Source of the DNA: Octopus vulgaris
Taxonomy: Eukaryota
DNA length: 64,000 nt
Reading direction: 5' to 3'
NCBI GenBank assembly: GCA_951406725.2
Contig: OX597814.1
Coordinates: 167,028,001-167,092,000 of the forward strand
A program made the translations under genes and the position numbers. Positions 13,463 through 26,039 of the stretch are shown here, in pieces. The stretch's first letter is position 1, and every line of letters begins with the position of its first letter. The notes below the pieces were generated by a model. It worked only from the letters and a program-made list of their open reading frames with translations. It had not been told where the DNA came from and did not search any database.

Positions 13463-13629
13463 TAAAGTAAGACTCAGATATCCAATAAGTTTCAGAGATA
13501 CAGATTATTATAGTATAGATTTCATCCATTAGACAATAAGAAGCTGTTAAAAATACTTGCAAAGGTATATGTGCTTATAGTTTTAGCTAAAAAAGTGTTG
13601 CAGTATACTGTTCTTTTTATACTTTCTTC

Positions 13630-14180
13630 ATCACCATCATTTAATGTCCGTTGTCTATACTGCCAGCCATGGCTTGGATGGCTTGACCAGAGCGGGCAAG
13701 CTGGGGAGCTGCATCAGACTCCAGTCTGATTTGGCATGGTTTCTACAACTAGATGCCCTTCCTAAAACCAGCCACTTTACAGAGTGTGCTGGATGTTTTT
13801 ACACTGCACCACACAGGCGTTTTTACACAGCACCGCACAGGTGCTTTTACATGGAACTGCCATGAGCGCTTTTCACCACCAGAGGGACCAGTCTTAACAC
13901 TTCTACTATGGAGCATTGGTCTTCTTGATTACAGCAAGGCACCTGACATCTCAGTCCTTTGTCATCTCACCTGAAAGGTTCAGCATCCTGAGGTTATTCT
14001 TCAGTACTTTATCTCATGTCTTCCTGGGTTTCCTACTTCCCATGTGTTCCATCTACTTTGAGAGATTGGCACTTCGTTATGGAGCTGTTGGCATCCATCC
14101 AAATCACATGACCAAACTAGTGCAGTCTTCTCTCTTGCACACAGCAATTAATCCCTTTTATGCCTAACTCCTTTCTCAAT
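13630..14180 (-). mobile_element. RTE LINE 3' fragment
   Basis: GATGCCCTTCCTAA..CCACT motif, (GAT)n tail and remnant of the ORF end. Confidence 0.8.
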
Positions 14181-14484
14181 GATTAATGCTATAATTCTTC
14201 ACCATGACCTAAGAAATCTTATATGTATCATATGAAAGACTGTGAAAGAAAGATAAAAGTAAAGTGAAAAAAATGAAGTTAGTTTGGTTCATTTCCAGCA
14301 TACTTAAATATTCTTTTATTGTAACTGTATGGCCCTTGGAGGTCCATGTAAAATTTTGCTGTTGGAATTTATCTGCAATAAATTGGTTATGCTTTTACAA
14401 TATGCAAAATATAAATTTTTTTTTTTTTTGTGCTCCAACATGACTGCAGCCGCATAGTTGAAACAAGTAATAGAATAATTCCTA

Positions 14485-14730
14485 GTGGCACGTAAAAAGC
14501 ACCAACTGCTAGTGGCCACTGCCAGCCTCCCCTGGCACCTGTGCTGGTGGCACGTAAAAAGCACCCACTACACTCACGGAGTGGTTGGCGTTAGGAAGGG
14601 CATCCAACTGTAGAAACACTGTCAGATCAGACTGGAGCCTGGTGCAGCCTCCTGGATTCCCAGACCCCGGTCGAACTGTCCAACCCATACTAGCATGGGA
14701 AACGGACGTTAAATGATGATGATGATGATG
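14485..14730 (+). mobile_element. RTE 3' end (family B)
   Basis: GGCACGTAAAAAGCACC repeats, TTAGGAAGGGCATCCA and (GAT)n tail. Confidence 0.85.
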
Positions 14731-15313
14731 TAACAACAGAGCATATACACACAAACAGCTGTGTAGAGATGGAGTTTGCTTCATAACCCCACAGCATCTT
14801 GGATAAGTATCTTCTACTAAAACCCAAGACCAACCAATGTTTTGTGAGGGAAATGATAGACAAAAACCCTATAGAGGACTGTCCCGATTCCATTTATGGA
14901 ATAGTCTGTTATGTCTGACTCAAGTTGAAAATTCTAAAAATTGTGCATCTTTTCTAAGCATAGTAGTTTATGCATGTGTGTGTGTGCATGAACATATCAA
15001 TCTTGAACCAACTTGACACTGTCATTTTGAAATTCGATTTAAGCTTGTGCTTGCTGAATGTTTTGCTATAAACTCTTAGTAGAAGAAGGCTGATTTGATT
15101 TCACAGAAACCTACTCCATATTATTTATGGATGCTCTATGTTTTTCCAAGTACAGAGAATCCATTATTACAATCCACAGTAGTTGACATAAGAACAAGCT
15201 TTTGTCTACATGTATTCCACTTGAATGAGATGGGATAAACAAAAACCATATCCACAAACTATATTTTCTACAAAATCTTTGGAGGTAAAATATAAATATC
15301 AAGTGCTACTCAC

Positions 15314-15432
15314 TCTGGACTTGCATTTGTTTTACTAAATTCATATGGTAAACAGTTAATAGGTGTCTCAACTCCTTCTGGGCCGATGAGTTTTCGTTGC
15401 TGTATCAAATCAACGACATCACTAATAGTGTC
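15314..15432 (-). CDS. SEC24B: Sec24 exon (119 nt, phase 0-2)
   Basis: ttttatag|GAC...CCAGA|gtgagt; encodes DTISDVVDLIQQRKLIGPEGVETPINCLPYEFSKTNASPE. Confidence 0.9.
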
Positions 15433-15759
15433 CTATAAAATAAATAGAAATGTAACCAATTAATACAAAATAACAATTATCTTCTATTTTTTTATTTGTT
15501 TCAGTCACTTGACTGTAGCCATTCTGGGGCACTGCTTGAAGGGTTTTACTTGAACAAATTGACCCCAGGACATTTTTTTCAGCTTACTATTTATTCTTTC
15601 AATCTCTTTTGCCCAACTGCTAAGTCACAGAGACATAAATACACCAGCACAAAGACACACATATACACATTAAACAATGATGATGATGGTAAAGTCTAGA
15701 TCAGTAGGAAATTTGTCATTCATATATATATATATGTATGTATAAAAAATATATATAAA

Positions 15760-17050
15760 AATACAAAATGGGACAAGAACGCAAAACATTCAAACAGACG
15801 ACACAAAAACCAGACGGGTCATTCGAAGTCTCTAATCTTCAGTCAAGAACTGGATCATCCTCGCAATTTCAGCTGATTAATCTTGAGATCGCTCTGATCC
15901 GGCCAGCCCCAAGGAAAAACTAAGCTACAAGCATTAGATTTCTTGGAAAAAGGATTGAATGTATACGAAACAAGGACATACACACACACATAAATACATA
16001 CAACTACAAGTGAAATAGCTATTACTAACATACCAATCCGAGATAATATTATTTGACAAATTAGAGTTATAGCAAACCTTACTCAATGGATATGTAGTGA
16101 CACCATCACCACTGAATTGTTTAAGGAAATCAATGACAAATCCAACTTCAAATTTATCCAGTTTGACATTGTGCTGTTTTACCTATCGATGCCCCAAATT
16201 TTCCTCCAACAAGCACTTGAGTTCAGTAAAGTATAGACAACTACAACTGATACTGCCATTGCGATCATAATGAATTCAAGAAGATCGTTACTCATCCATA
16301 ATTTCTATTGAATAAAAGGGAACAATGATGAGCTCTTTGATGTTGCTATGGGGAGCCATCATGGGGTGGAAGTAGCGGATCAGGTTAGCCTTTACATCGA
16401 GCATAAATTCAGCAATTAAATAAAGGAGGCTAACATAGGGTTGTATAAGGACAACAGTCCAGCAGTAGTGCACAATAAGAATGGCCACAAAATGGATAAG
16501 ATAAAGAAATAAAATTATTCAAGATATTTAGTCAGCTTAATTTACAGAATACAGTTGGCACTAACCCTGAAAAAGTCAACAACCTAGATATCAATAAAGC
16601 AAATATAAAACTTTTCATAGGAATGGCTGTGTGGTAAGTAGCTTGCTTACAAACCACATGGTTCCGGGTTCAGTCTCACTGCGTGGCACCTTGGGCAAGT
16701 GTCTTCTACTATAGCCTCGGGCCGACCAAAGCTTTGTGAGTGGATTTGGTAGACGGAAACTGAAAGAAGCCCGTTGTATATATGTATGTGTGTGTGTTTG
16801 TCCCCCCAACATCGCTTGACAAACGATGCTGGTGTGTCCCCATAACTTAGCAGTTTGGCAAAAGATACTGATAGAACAAGTACTAGGCTTACAAAGAATA
16901 AGTCCTGGGGTCGATTTGCTCGACTAAAAGGTGGTGCTCCAGTATGGTCACAGTCAAAATGACTGAAACAAGTAAAAGAGTAAACCTGATAAAGAAACCT
17001 CTTATATAAATAAATGTTCCAACCATCCACCACCAATCAGTAATCAATAT
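15760..17050 (+). mobile_element. Penelope-like retroelement RT remnant (Naiad-type), split by a SINE
   Basis: FIQFDIVLFYLSM...FDVAMGSHHGVEVADQVSLYI...GLYKDN, resuming after the SINE as KPDKETSYINKCSNHPP; contains internal stops. Confidence 0.75.
16617..16980 (+). mobile_element. SINE family A, full length
   Basis: GGCTGTGTGGTAAG...GGTTCAGTC...CCTTGGGCAAG...GACTGAAACAAGTAAAAGAG. Confidence 0.9.
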
Positions 17051-17059
17051 ACTCAACTC

Positions 17060-17450
17060 ATATGACACAATCCTTTCTTATTCTTAAATTAGACGATATT
17101 TTTGTCAGAACAACAATAAAAGATGGTTCCAACATCATGTTGTTCCACAACATATTGCTATTAGTGTGATGAATTATAATTGGAACCTTTCAAGGAAGAG
17201 GAATTAGGCTATCAGGTCCAGATCTCCAAACCTGACACCTCTCCACTTATTTTTTTTCCTGTAGGTCATCTGAAGTCTACATGAATCACCCAAAAACTAT
17301 CTGCTCATCAAAAGAGGCAGTCGTTATTCACTTGAGATAACATCAGAACAGATGTGCTAAAAAAAGGGTTCAAAGTTCATGTAAATAACAAAGTCAAAAT
17401 TATATGTTGAAAGTCACCAATCTGAGCTTCTGTTGCTGCAACTTCAGACA
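17060..17450 (+). mobile_element. Tc1-like transposase remnant
   Basis: RSPNLTPLHLFF..GHLKS resembles the RSPDLTPLDFFLWGYLK motif. Confidence 0.5.
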
Positions 17451-17594
17451 TTTAAATAAATTATCTAAGTTCCCTTTATATGAACCAGGCTACAATATCT
17501 AAACAAACATGGGTGTATGTTGGGTTCACTCGATATATTCCAACCATGATGGAGCACACTACTGATTTCAGTCTGGTACTCGTTTTATTGATCT

Positions 17595-18080
17595 CATCAT
17601 CATCATCGTTTAACGTCCGTTTTCCATGCTAGCATGGGTTGGACGGTTCGACCGGGGATCTGGGAAGCCAGAAGGCTGCACCAGGCTCCAGTCTTATCTG
17701 GCAATATTTCTACACCTGGATGCCCTTCCTAACGCCAACCACTCCGTGAGTGTAGTGGGTGCTTTTTATGTGCCACCCGCACAGGTGCCAGGCAAGGCTG
17801 GCAACGGTAACGGTCGGATTGGTGCATTTTACGTGCCACCGGCACGGAAGCCAGTCGAGGCGGCACTGGCTTCGGCCACGATTCAGATGGTGCTTTTTAC
17901 GTGCCACCGGCACGGAAGCCAGTCGATGTGACGCTGGCATCGGCCACGATTCGGATAGTGCTTTTTACGTACCACCAGTCCAGGGGTCCTGGCATCTGCC
18001 GGGTGCCAGTCATAGGATTGGTTCAATTTCGATTCCGATTTCGATTTCACTTGCCCCAACAGGTCTTCACAAGCAAAGGG
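17595..18080 (-). mobile_element. RTE 3' end (family B) with tandem subunits
   Basis: (CAT)n CGTTTAACGTCC start; four GGTGCTTTTTACGTGCCACC-containing units. Confidence 0.85.
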
Positions 18081-18725
18081 GGGTTCTCTGGTTAAGAAAT
18101 CTATTTGTTTTCAACAAAATGTTATGTCTCTCAACACACAGAGTCTAACAAAGAAATATGCATATATGCGCGCGCACACACACACACAAAATTTTTACAA
18201 CATATTGGTCAACCTGAGGCTAGAGTAGAAAATACTTGCCCAAGCTCACACAGTATGGGACCAAAAGTGAGCTCACACAGTTGCAAAGCAAATTCCTTAA
18301 CCATGTGTCTGTGCATGTATATGTATGTGAGTGGGGGTGTATGTTTGAATGTGTATACATACATTCTATTTATATTTATTTATATATATATACATAGAGA
18401 GAGAGAGAGATACGGATCACACACACACACATATATATAATCTCACTTAGAAAAAAATAATTCTTCCCTAAACATAATTAGAAATAATAATTATTAATTT
18501 ATTTACAGGTACTGGCAAACTAAATATCTTTGCTGAGCATTTATGTACCAAATATTTGTCCAATGATTATAGCCTATGAGGGAGCAGTGCGTCCTACAAA
18601 AATATGAGCAACACTTATATTGACCATACTGTAATAGAATTTAACAAGGTTTAGGAATTCAATGTAAAACTGAAAGCAGCTTGTATACAGAAGGAAGAGA
18701 CAAATGAAAACTCAGATCACAATAC

Positions 18726-19013
18726 CTTTGTACTAAGATTGCTCATTCCTCCAGTAATACCAGCCATTCCTCCACTTGTAGAATATTGAGAACTTTGTTG
18801 TTGTTGCTGGGGTTGATATTGTTGTGGTTGTTGAGGATGTATTGACTGTTGCAATTGTTGTGGAGGTTGCTGCATCTGTTGTGGAGGTTGCTGCATCTGT
18901 TGTGGGGTTTGTTGCAACTGTTGTGGCGCATGCATTGGACTTCCTGAATAAACTGGGGGCATTCCTGAAGTTGACATGCTTGCTGGGTGAGCTGGAGATT
19001 GCATCTGAGAAGG
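18726..19013 (-). CDS. SEC24B: Sec24 exon (288 nt, Gln-rich, phase 0-0)
   Basis: atttcag|CCT...AAG|gtattg; encodes PSQMQSPAHP...QQMQQPPQQ...MSNLSTK (ORF 18717..19052). Confidence 0.9.
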
Positions 19014-19079
19014 CTGAAATGAAAAACAAATTTTAATAAAGATTCTCAACAAAAAACTAGATACAACAAAAGGATTCTA

Positions 19080-20615
19080 TCTGTATCAATGACAAATGAC
19101 ATTTCATTCTTGGTAATTCAAGCCTACATGCGGCAAAGTAGGCTTTGGAATTAATAAGAGCTTCTGTAGGCTTAATGCTATTATAAACTGACTAATCCTG
19201 TACAAAACAGCAATAGGTAATAGAAGGTACACAGTCTAGGAGTTCTGTCTCAAACTTCTAGCTAAGTAGTGTAATGGGATACATTTCAAATGTGTTAAAA
19301 CAGCATACCACAGGTTTGGTGGTTCAGTAAATGTTAAGTATCAAAATATATGAGTAAACTGTACTGCAAATTCAATCAACTACATGTCAGAATAGAACAG
19401 CAGACAAAATATATGATGATGATGGTAAACATGAAAGTGATTGTTATAAAAGCACAACAGGTGTACTGAAGACGCAAAACCATGGCAGTAATGTAGGGCA
19501 CTGAACTGTTAGACTGGTTAAACTAACCTCCGAGTGGACCAGAACTGGTATGAAATAATGAGTGGAGTGGCCAGCTTTACCTAGTAATTGGCTGAGAAGG
19601 AGCTATTTCTGAAGTTAGGCAAAGGTAGCAAACACATCACCATTGTACTTTATTCTAATTACAATTTGATTATATCACTCTTCAGTTGCCTGTGGAAAGG
19701 GTGCATGGCATGGCTGCTGATACACCAACATGTGCATGCGCTGCACCACTTATAGAGAATCCATGATGATTCTTATGTGGATGTTGTTTCTGAGGCACAT
19801 CTTTCTGCATCTCATTTTGTCAATAGGTCTGCAATCCTGGGTGGGCACCTGACATCTTGACTATCAACAGATGCTCACTACCTACTACCATGCAAGCATT
19901 GAGATTGGTGGAAATTCCACTCTAGCAAACCTTCCTGGAGAAACTGGGTAATGACAAAAGTGAACTGGCTAGTCTGTTCTGAACTGGAGATTACTGTGAA
20001 TAATTACCAGAAATCCTTAGCCTGACAGTGCTTCCAAGGAACACTGCTGGATTAAAATAAACTCTACAAGCATAGAAATGCTGCCAGAGAGGCACTCAGA
20101 GGAATAAAACTGTTCTGCATACACTTGTTCAATGTTCAAGCATTGCTGACTTGTAGAGTTATATCAAGCGACTGCTGTCACATGTGGGATAGATCTGGCT
20201 ATCAGTCAAGTCCATCATGATGATTCTCTCCATTCCTGCCTGCCTCTAACCAGACAGGGAAGGCAGTCTTCCTCTGTCTGGTAGCTATAGTGAAAAAGGT
20301 TGAGTGGCTGGAAGGTCTGAGGATAGACAATCTCTCTCTTTGGTAGAACCCACCTTGACACAATCAAGGTTTACTTGAAAAGCAATATGAGGTTGGGGAG
20401 GGAGATGTTACACCCAAGTGAATTTATACTAAGATGGGTGAGAATTGCATAAAGGGCGAGAATGGATAAGACTGATCTAAATTTACACCTGTAGACAAAA
20501 GAATGAGAGATGGCGAGAACATTTGCCCTTGGTGTTCTGAGTGATCTTGAATCTGTGAGGAGGTTCCTTGATTGGCCATAGATGTATCAGAGGGACTGTA
20601 TCATCATCATCATTC
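19080..20615. mobile_element. Old unclassified repeat, possibly LINE-derived
   Basis: GC-richer, CpG-depleted block ending in (CAT)n, with no clear ORF. Confidence 0.3.
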
Positions 20616-20839
20616 TTCATTATTTATATACTATATATACTTGTATTTCGTGACTATTTTTTTTACCTCATTCAATTTTCTAAGTAAACCCCAACAGTTA
20701 ATGCATGCCTTTGTAATTGTTTCTCCTCATTTGTTGCACTGGTGGCAAATAAAAGAAATCATTATTGCTATCTTTTTTTGCATGAATTTCAAACAGTAAA
20801 TAATGAAAGTAACAAACTATTAGGAAGCAAAACAATTAC

Positions 20840-20922
20840 CATTTGAGGATACTGACGCTTTCCAGTTATTCGTCCTGTTGTCGGTGGTGCACCTGTTTGA
20901 GAAGGCTGGGGTGGCATGGACA
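20840..20922 (-). CDS. SEC24B: Sec24 exon (83 nt, phase 1-0)
   Basis: ttttcag|TG...ATG|gtaatt; encodes SMPPQPSQTGAPPTTGRITGKRQYPQM. Confidence 0.87.
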
Positions 20923-21144
20923 CTGAAAATATAAATGGAAAAATTATAATAAAACTATTATTTTAAGATAAAATGAAGTAAAAACAAACAAAGATATCTA
21001 ATATATTTACATAAGAAAACAATTCTGTAAAAGTTTTAAAATTTCAGCTATTGCAGCATGCCTTTCATAAGTGCATTCAATACTCTTGTCTCATTACCAT
21101 ACAACAAAGCAAGAAATAAATGAAAATCATTGTTAGAAATGAAA

Positions 21145-21292
21145 TATGGCATTAGGAAGGGCGTCCAGCCGTAGAAACACTGCCAGATTAGACTGGGCCT
21201 GGTGCAGCCTCCTGGCTTCCCAAACCCCAGTTGAACCGTCTAACCCATGCTAGCATGGAAAGCAGACGTTAAAAGATTATGATGATGATGAA
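21145..21292 (+). mobile_element. RTE 3' end (family B), truncated
   Basis: TTAGGAAGGGCGTCCAGCC...(GAT)n. Confidence 0.8.
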
Positions 21293-21434
21293 GTTCAGTT
21301 ACATTTTATGCCAGACATGGTTTCTTGAGTTCTAGGTTTAGCAAGATCATGGTGGTATGGAGTTGGAATTGCTTCTAAGTTCTTGTAATTTCTAAAAAGT
21401 TTTTCAGTATAGCCATGCAAATACATACATCTGT

Positions 21435-21815
21435 ATCTTTTACTTGTTTCAGTCATTAGACTGTGACCATGCTGAGGCAATGCTTTGAAGAATTTTAGTT
21501 GAACAAATTGACCTCAATACTTGTATTTTCAGCCAGGTACTTATTCTATCGATCTCTTCTGCTGAACCGCTACACTACGGGGACATAAACAACACCAACA
21601 TCAGTTGTCAAGCAGTGGTAGGGGACAAACACAAAGACACACACATACACATACAGATATACAACGGGCTTCTTTCAGTTTCCGTCTACCAAGTCCACTC
21701 ACAAGGCTTTGGTCGGCCCAAGGCTAAAGTAGAAGACACTTGCCCAAGGTACCACACAGTGAGACTGAACCCAGAACCATGTGGTTGGGAGGTAAGCTTC
21801 TTACCACCCAGCCAT
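21435..21815 (-). mobile_element. SINE family A, near full length
   Basis: Reverse complement of the 16617 and 30377 copies. Confidence 0.9.
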
Positions 21816-21961
21816 GCCCAATATGCATACACATAAACATACTCATTTATATAAAAGGAAAACAATTCCCAGTATATTTTCTTTCTACTGACATATAAAA
21901 ATATATAAATATTTTACCGATTGTATTTAAGATTATGACATCATAAAATAAGAATGCTTAC

Positions 21962-22060
21962 TTGGATGACCACTTGATGGAGTAAATTGCCCTTCTAGTG
22001 CATCATATGACTGACTAGCAATTGGAGATGGCGCTCGTGAAGATTTCTGTGAAGGTGGGC
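21962..22060 (-). CDS. SEC24B: Sec24 exon (99 nt, phase 1-1)
   Basis: ttttcag|GC...CCAA|gtaagc; encodes GPPSQKSSRAPSPIASQSYDALEGQFTPSSGHP. Confidence 0.85.
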
Positions 22061-25000
22061 CTGAAAATGATAAATATATGCTATCAAACATCACCATTGA
22101 ATTGAGAATGAATAAAATGATTATTTAGAGAGAAAAAAGCATTAATGACAAAAGAAGGGAAACATTTTAAATGACGTGCAGAGGAATCAGGAAAGCTAAA
22201 AGGATAAAAGTTAAAAAAGGAAGGAAGAACAGATAAAGAAAAAGGTGAAGAAAATGAAAATGATAATTAATAGAGAAGCATGACATTCCAAAGGTACAAA
22301 AAAAAAGTTATAATGAAAGATTCATTAAACATATCTGGTTCTCTCCAACTAACTAAATTAGAATTACAAACCACTTTCTTTAAATAATCATGTTAATAAA
22401 CTACTTCGTTAAAAGCTAACCAGATAATTCTATAATATTAACAACTACAAGTGACTACATATGTTCAGCTTTCAACTGCATATATATTAAGTTTAAATTA
22501 AAGTGAAACATTATTTTCTTAACTTCAGAGTAAGTTGGAGTGTTAATGGATTTTCTAACTTTATGGTTATGCTATATTAGCATTTAGGATTTAAACAGCT
22601 ACTAATCTCTTTTTAAGTCATACAGAATTTGTTAAAGAAGGAATATTTAGCTGCTACATCAATAAACTGAATAGTTACTAAAAGCCCACTTACTAACAAA
22701 AAAAAAATGATAAATTAACCACTGAGGATACAAGAACTCCATATTCTTTAAGAAGACTTCCAGAAATACGTCTTCTCAAATGCAGTATCACAGGTATCTG
22801 TCCTCTCATACGACTTCTTTCATGCAGAACATTCCAATTCTCCAACACTATATACACACAGAAATATTTTTACATCATACCAGAAACAGGGAAACACTAA
22901 CAGCAGACATACAACAACAAACTTATTATAGAGAACACTGTTGTAAACAAATTTTGGTTCAAATAAGAACAAAGCACATCACCCCATATACTAATCACAA
23001 GCAAGACTAAAGAATATTAGTTCAATCCATACATCAGGTTCATTTATCCCTTTTGATATGAACCTGCCTGAGATTGTCCCTGGCCTATGATACAAGATCT
23101 AAATGAAAACCTTCTATCACAGTTTCATATCAATTTATGCTCCAAACACCAGCTAAATAATGACAATATTATTTTACAGAATTTTTTCATTATTTTTAGA
23201 ATCGATTCAAGCAAAGGCAGTGTATTTCAACAAAAATATGGTACTGAAAGGGGTAAAAGTCACCATTCCAGAAGTTCAAAAGTACCACATTTTTAGGCAT
23301 CACATGCAATACATCAACATAATTTATGTGACATAATAAAGCAAAACCAATATACTGAGTCTATATCAACTCAGTCCTACCTTGGCTTCCAACATGTTCC
23401 TCACAAACCACAGAAGTAAAAAAAAAAAAAAAAAAAAATCAGTAAGCAAATTATCCAATAAGACATTAGTAAATAGCTCTGCCCTCCCTTTTACTCAAGT
23501 TTTCCAGCACTAATTCATGAGTTTGATTTTGATTAACACTAACTGAAAAATGTAAATAAAGTCTTGCAATACTTCAGCCTCTTTAGCAATCATAAATGAA
23601 ATATTCATCATGCAAATCAAAACCCACAAAGGATAAATCAGTCTACGTATATAGCCATAGAGTTAAAAAGTTTACTCTTCAACCACATGGCTCAAAGTTT
23701 AATCTTATAATGTAGCAGATATCTTCAATCACAGCCTTGGGTCAACTAAAGCCCTGTCAGTGAATTTCAGTCAGTAGAAACTGTGTGGAATCCCATCATA
23801 TATATATATTTATGCAGAAAGAGAGACAGACAGACAGATGCACACATATTCATTCATCATTAAACATCCATTTGCCATGCTGGCATGGGTTGGCTGGTTC
23901 ACCAGGATCCGATGAGTTAGAGGACCACATTATGACCTTCCCAATGTCAATCACATTATGGAGAGTAGTGGGGTACTTTTCTGTGGCACCACCACCAGAG
24001 AGGATGTCTTGCAATTTGCAAAACTAAAGGGCTTAAACAAGCCTCTAACGACTGAAGGAGAAAAGATAAGAGGATGTTGAGGAGGTGGAGAAGCTATAAG
24101 GAAGAAACAGTGACAGAAAAAAAGAGATGGAGGAGTGATGGATAGCAGTAGGATATCAACAGGTAGATGAAAGGGGTCATCAAGGATGCAAAGGGCGGCA
24201 GCATATATAAATATATATATACAGATGTAAATAACCACACAATATATATATACAGAGAGAGAGCCAACAACACATATCTAATATGGTTGACTGAAACCAA
24301 ACTGCTGGCTACTTGCAGTTTCCTTACATGAAGACCCAAATTAAATAACTCTACTGTAATAAGCACTATTTTAGTTTCATTTGTTACTAATGTGTGTGTG
24401 TGTGTGTGTGTGTGTGAATAAAAACGTATACAGGTTAACTGATTACGGGAAGATTCAAATATTTCATGTTGAAAAGATTGTGCTTGGAAACCACTGCATG
24501 GTATCCATTTCAGAAATATGTATGTTTCTATATGATAAATAGACCTAGAAGGATGAGGAACCAAATTTCACTCAAATCACACTCTACAGTCTTAACATGT
24601 GCATATATACCAAAGTGAACCCAGTGAGACTGATAAAATAAGGAGAGTCGAAAGTAATAGGATAAATAAACAAAAATTGTTGAAGATGGAGGTCCAGCAT
24701 GGCTGCAATCCAAAACTTGAAATCCGTAAAAGAATAAAAGATATCTGTGTAGAATAGTGATGCTAAACAAATATTTATGACACCTAATGAACAAAAATAT
24801 AAATACAATATACTGTTTTGAACTATTACGTTCAACAGAGATATAAAGACATGTTCAGAATGTTAAAGATGAAAACTAACATCCAAGAAATCAAAATATG
24901 AATAGAAATAGAATATGTATATAAAATCAACATTACTAACAGGCAAAAAATAAATCTCTAACAAAGTAATGTCAGATGACAAGCACCAGTGGAGTATGAA

Positions 25001-25099
25001 AATAGAAAAAGAATTCGAAAGTATTTGATAAAAACATACATTTGAATTAAGCAGCAACTAAACAAAAAGAAAGAGAGGTAAACTATCAAATCAGAAGTA

Positions 25100-25137
<38 letters not shown>

Positions 25138-25416
25138 TACACACTACACGCATGCATATATAGATACACATATAGGTATTAAATAAAAATTTGTAATAAA
25201 ATAAAGCAGCAGCGCAACAAATTAATAAAAATGAGAATATTTAATAAATAGCAGGGAGGATTCATTTCAAGCCAAGCTAGAATAGAATCATAGGCAGAAG
25301 AACAGCAACAGAATTGGTATTAGCAATAAATAATACAAGCTGGCTAGCAGTTAGTTTTTTTTTTTTAATTTAATTTTTTTTTTGTTGGATTTTTATTTTT
25401 ATTACTTTTACCCAAC

Positions 25417-25539
25417 CTGAATTGCTGGTAGTCGACAAATAATTTGTGATTTGGTGTGAATACTGGGCTTGTCCATGGTAAGGAGCAGGTAACTCCTCAG
25501 GAGCCAAAGTCGTGGTGATGCTGGGTGGTCTGGCACCCC
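25417..25539 (-). CDS. Candidate alternative cassette exon of Sec24 (41 codons)
   Basis: Acceptor ctgtttttatttccatgccag|GGGG and donor TCAG|gttggg. It is 123 nt, phase 1-1, and open in the Sec24 frame: GGARPPSITTTLAPEELPAPYHGQAQYSHQITNYLSTTSNSG. It forms a GC-richer island in an AT-rich intron. Confidence 0.65.
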
Positions 25540-26039
25540 CTGGCATGGAAATAAAAACAGTAGCATGCTACCAATAGGCAAACACATAAAAGCAACATGC
25601 AATTATTTTGGGGTTTACAGGGCCAGCACAGCAATAAGAGTAGCAACATATGCTGCATCATGCTGCATGGATACATAAAATGCAATTAATTATTCACTCT
25701 TTTGTTTCTATATATACAATACATAGTACAGAATTATAGCATGCTCACGAAACTATGCAAATATAATTCAAGAACTATTATGTATACCGAGTGGACTTTA
25801 TGGCCTAATTACTCAGTTAAAAATCAGTATGCTTTGAACAGTGAAATTATTTGGGACACGAAGGTAATTTTTTTTAAAGAGAAAAATTCACTAACTTGAT
25901 TAATACATAGTAGCCATTTGTTTACTACTCCTAAATAAGGGTATAAACACAGATTAGGTGTAAATATAAGCACACATTTTTGATGTATATACAAGCACAC
26001 ATTAGGTGTATGTACAAATACATAGATATCCATCCAGAA

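Noticed and set aside
17755-17980. Regularly spaced GGTGCTTTTTACGTGCCACC repeats resembling a CRISPR array
   Set aside because: The spacers are related to each other, the units are part of the RTE 3' UTR, the context is eukaryotic, and there are no cas genes.
17626-18148. Recurring ORFs such as LDALPNANHSVSVVGAFYVPP and IHSQGFGRP..VEDTCPRCH across the window
   Set aside because: These are translations of high-copy RTE 3' UTR and SINE sequence, not a protein family.
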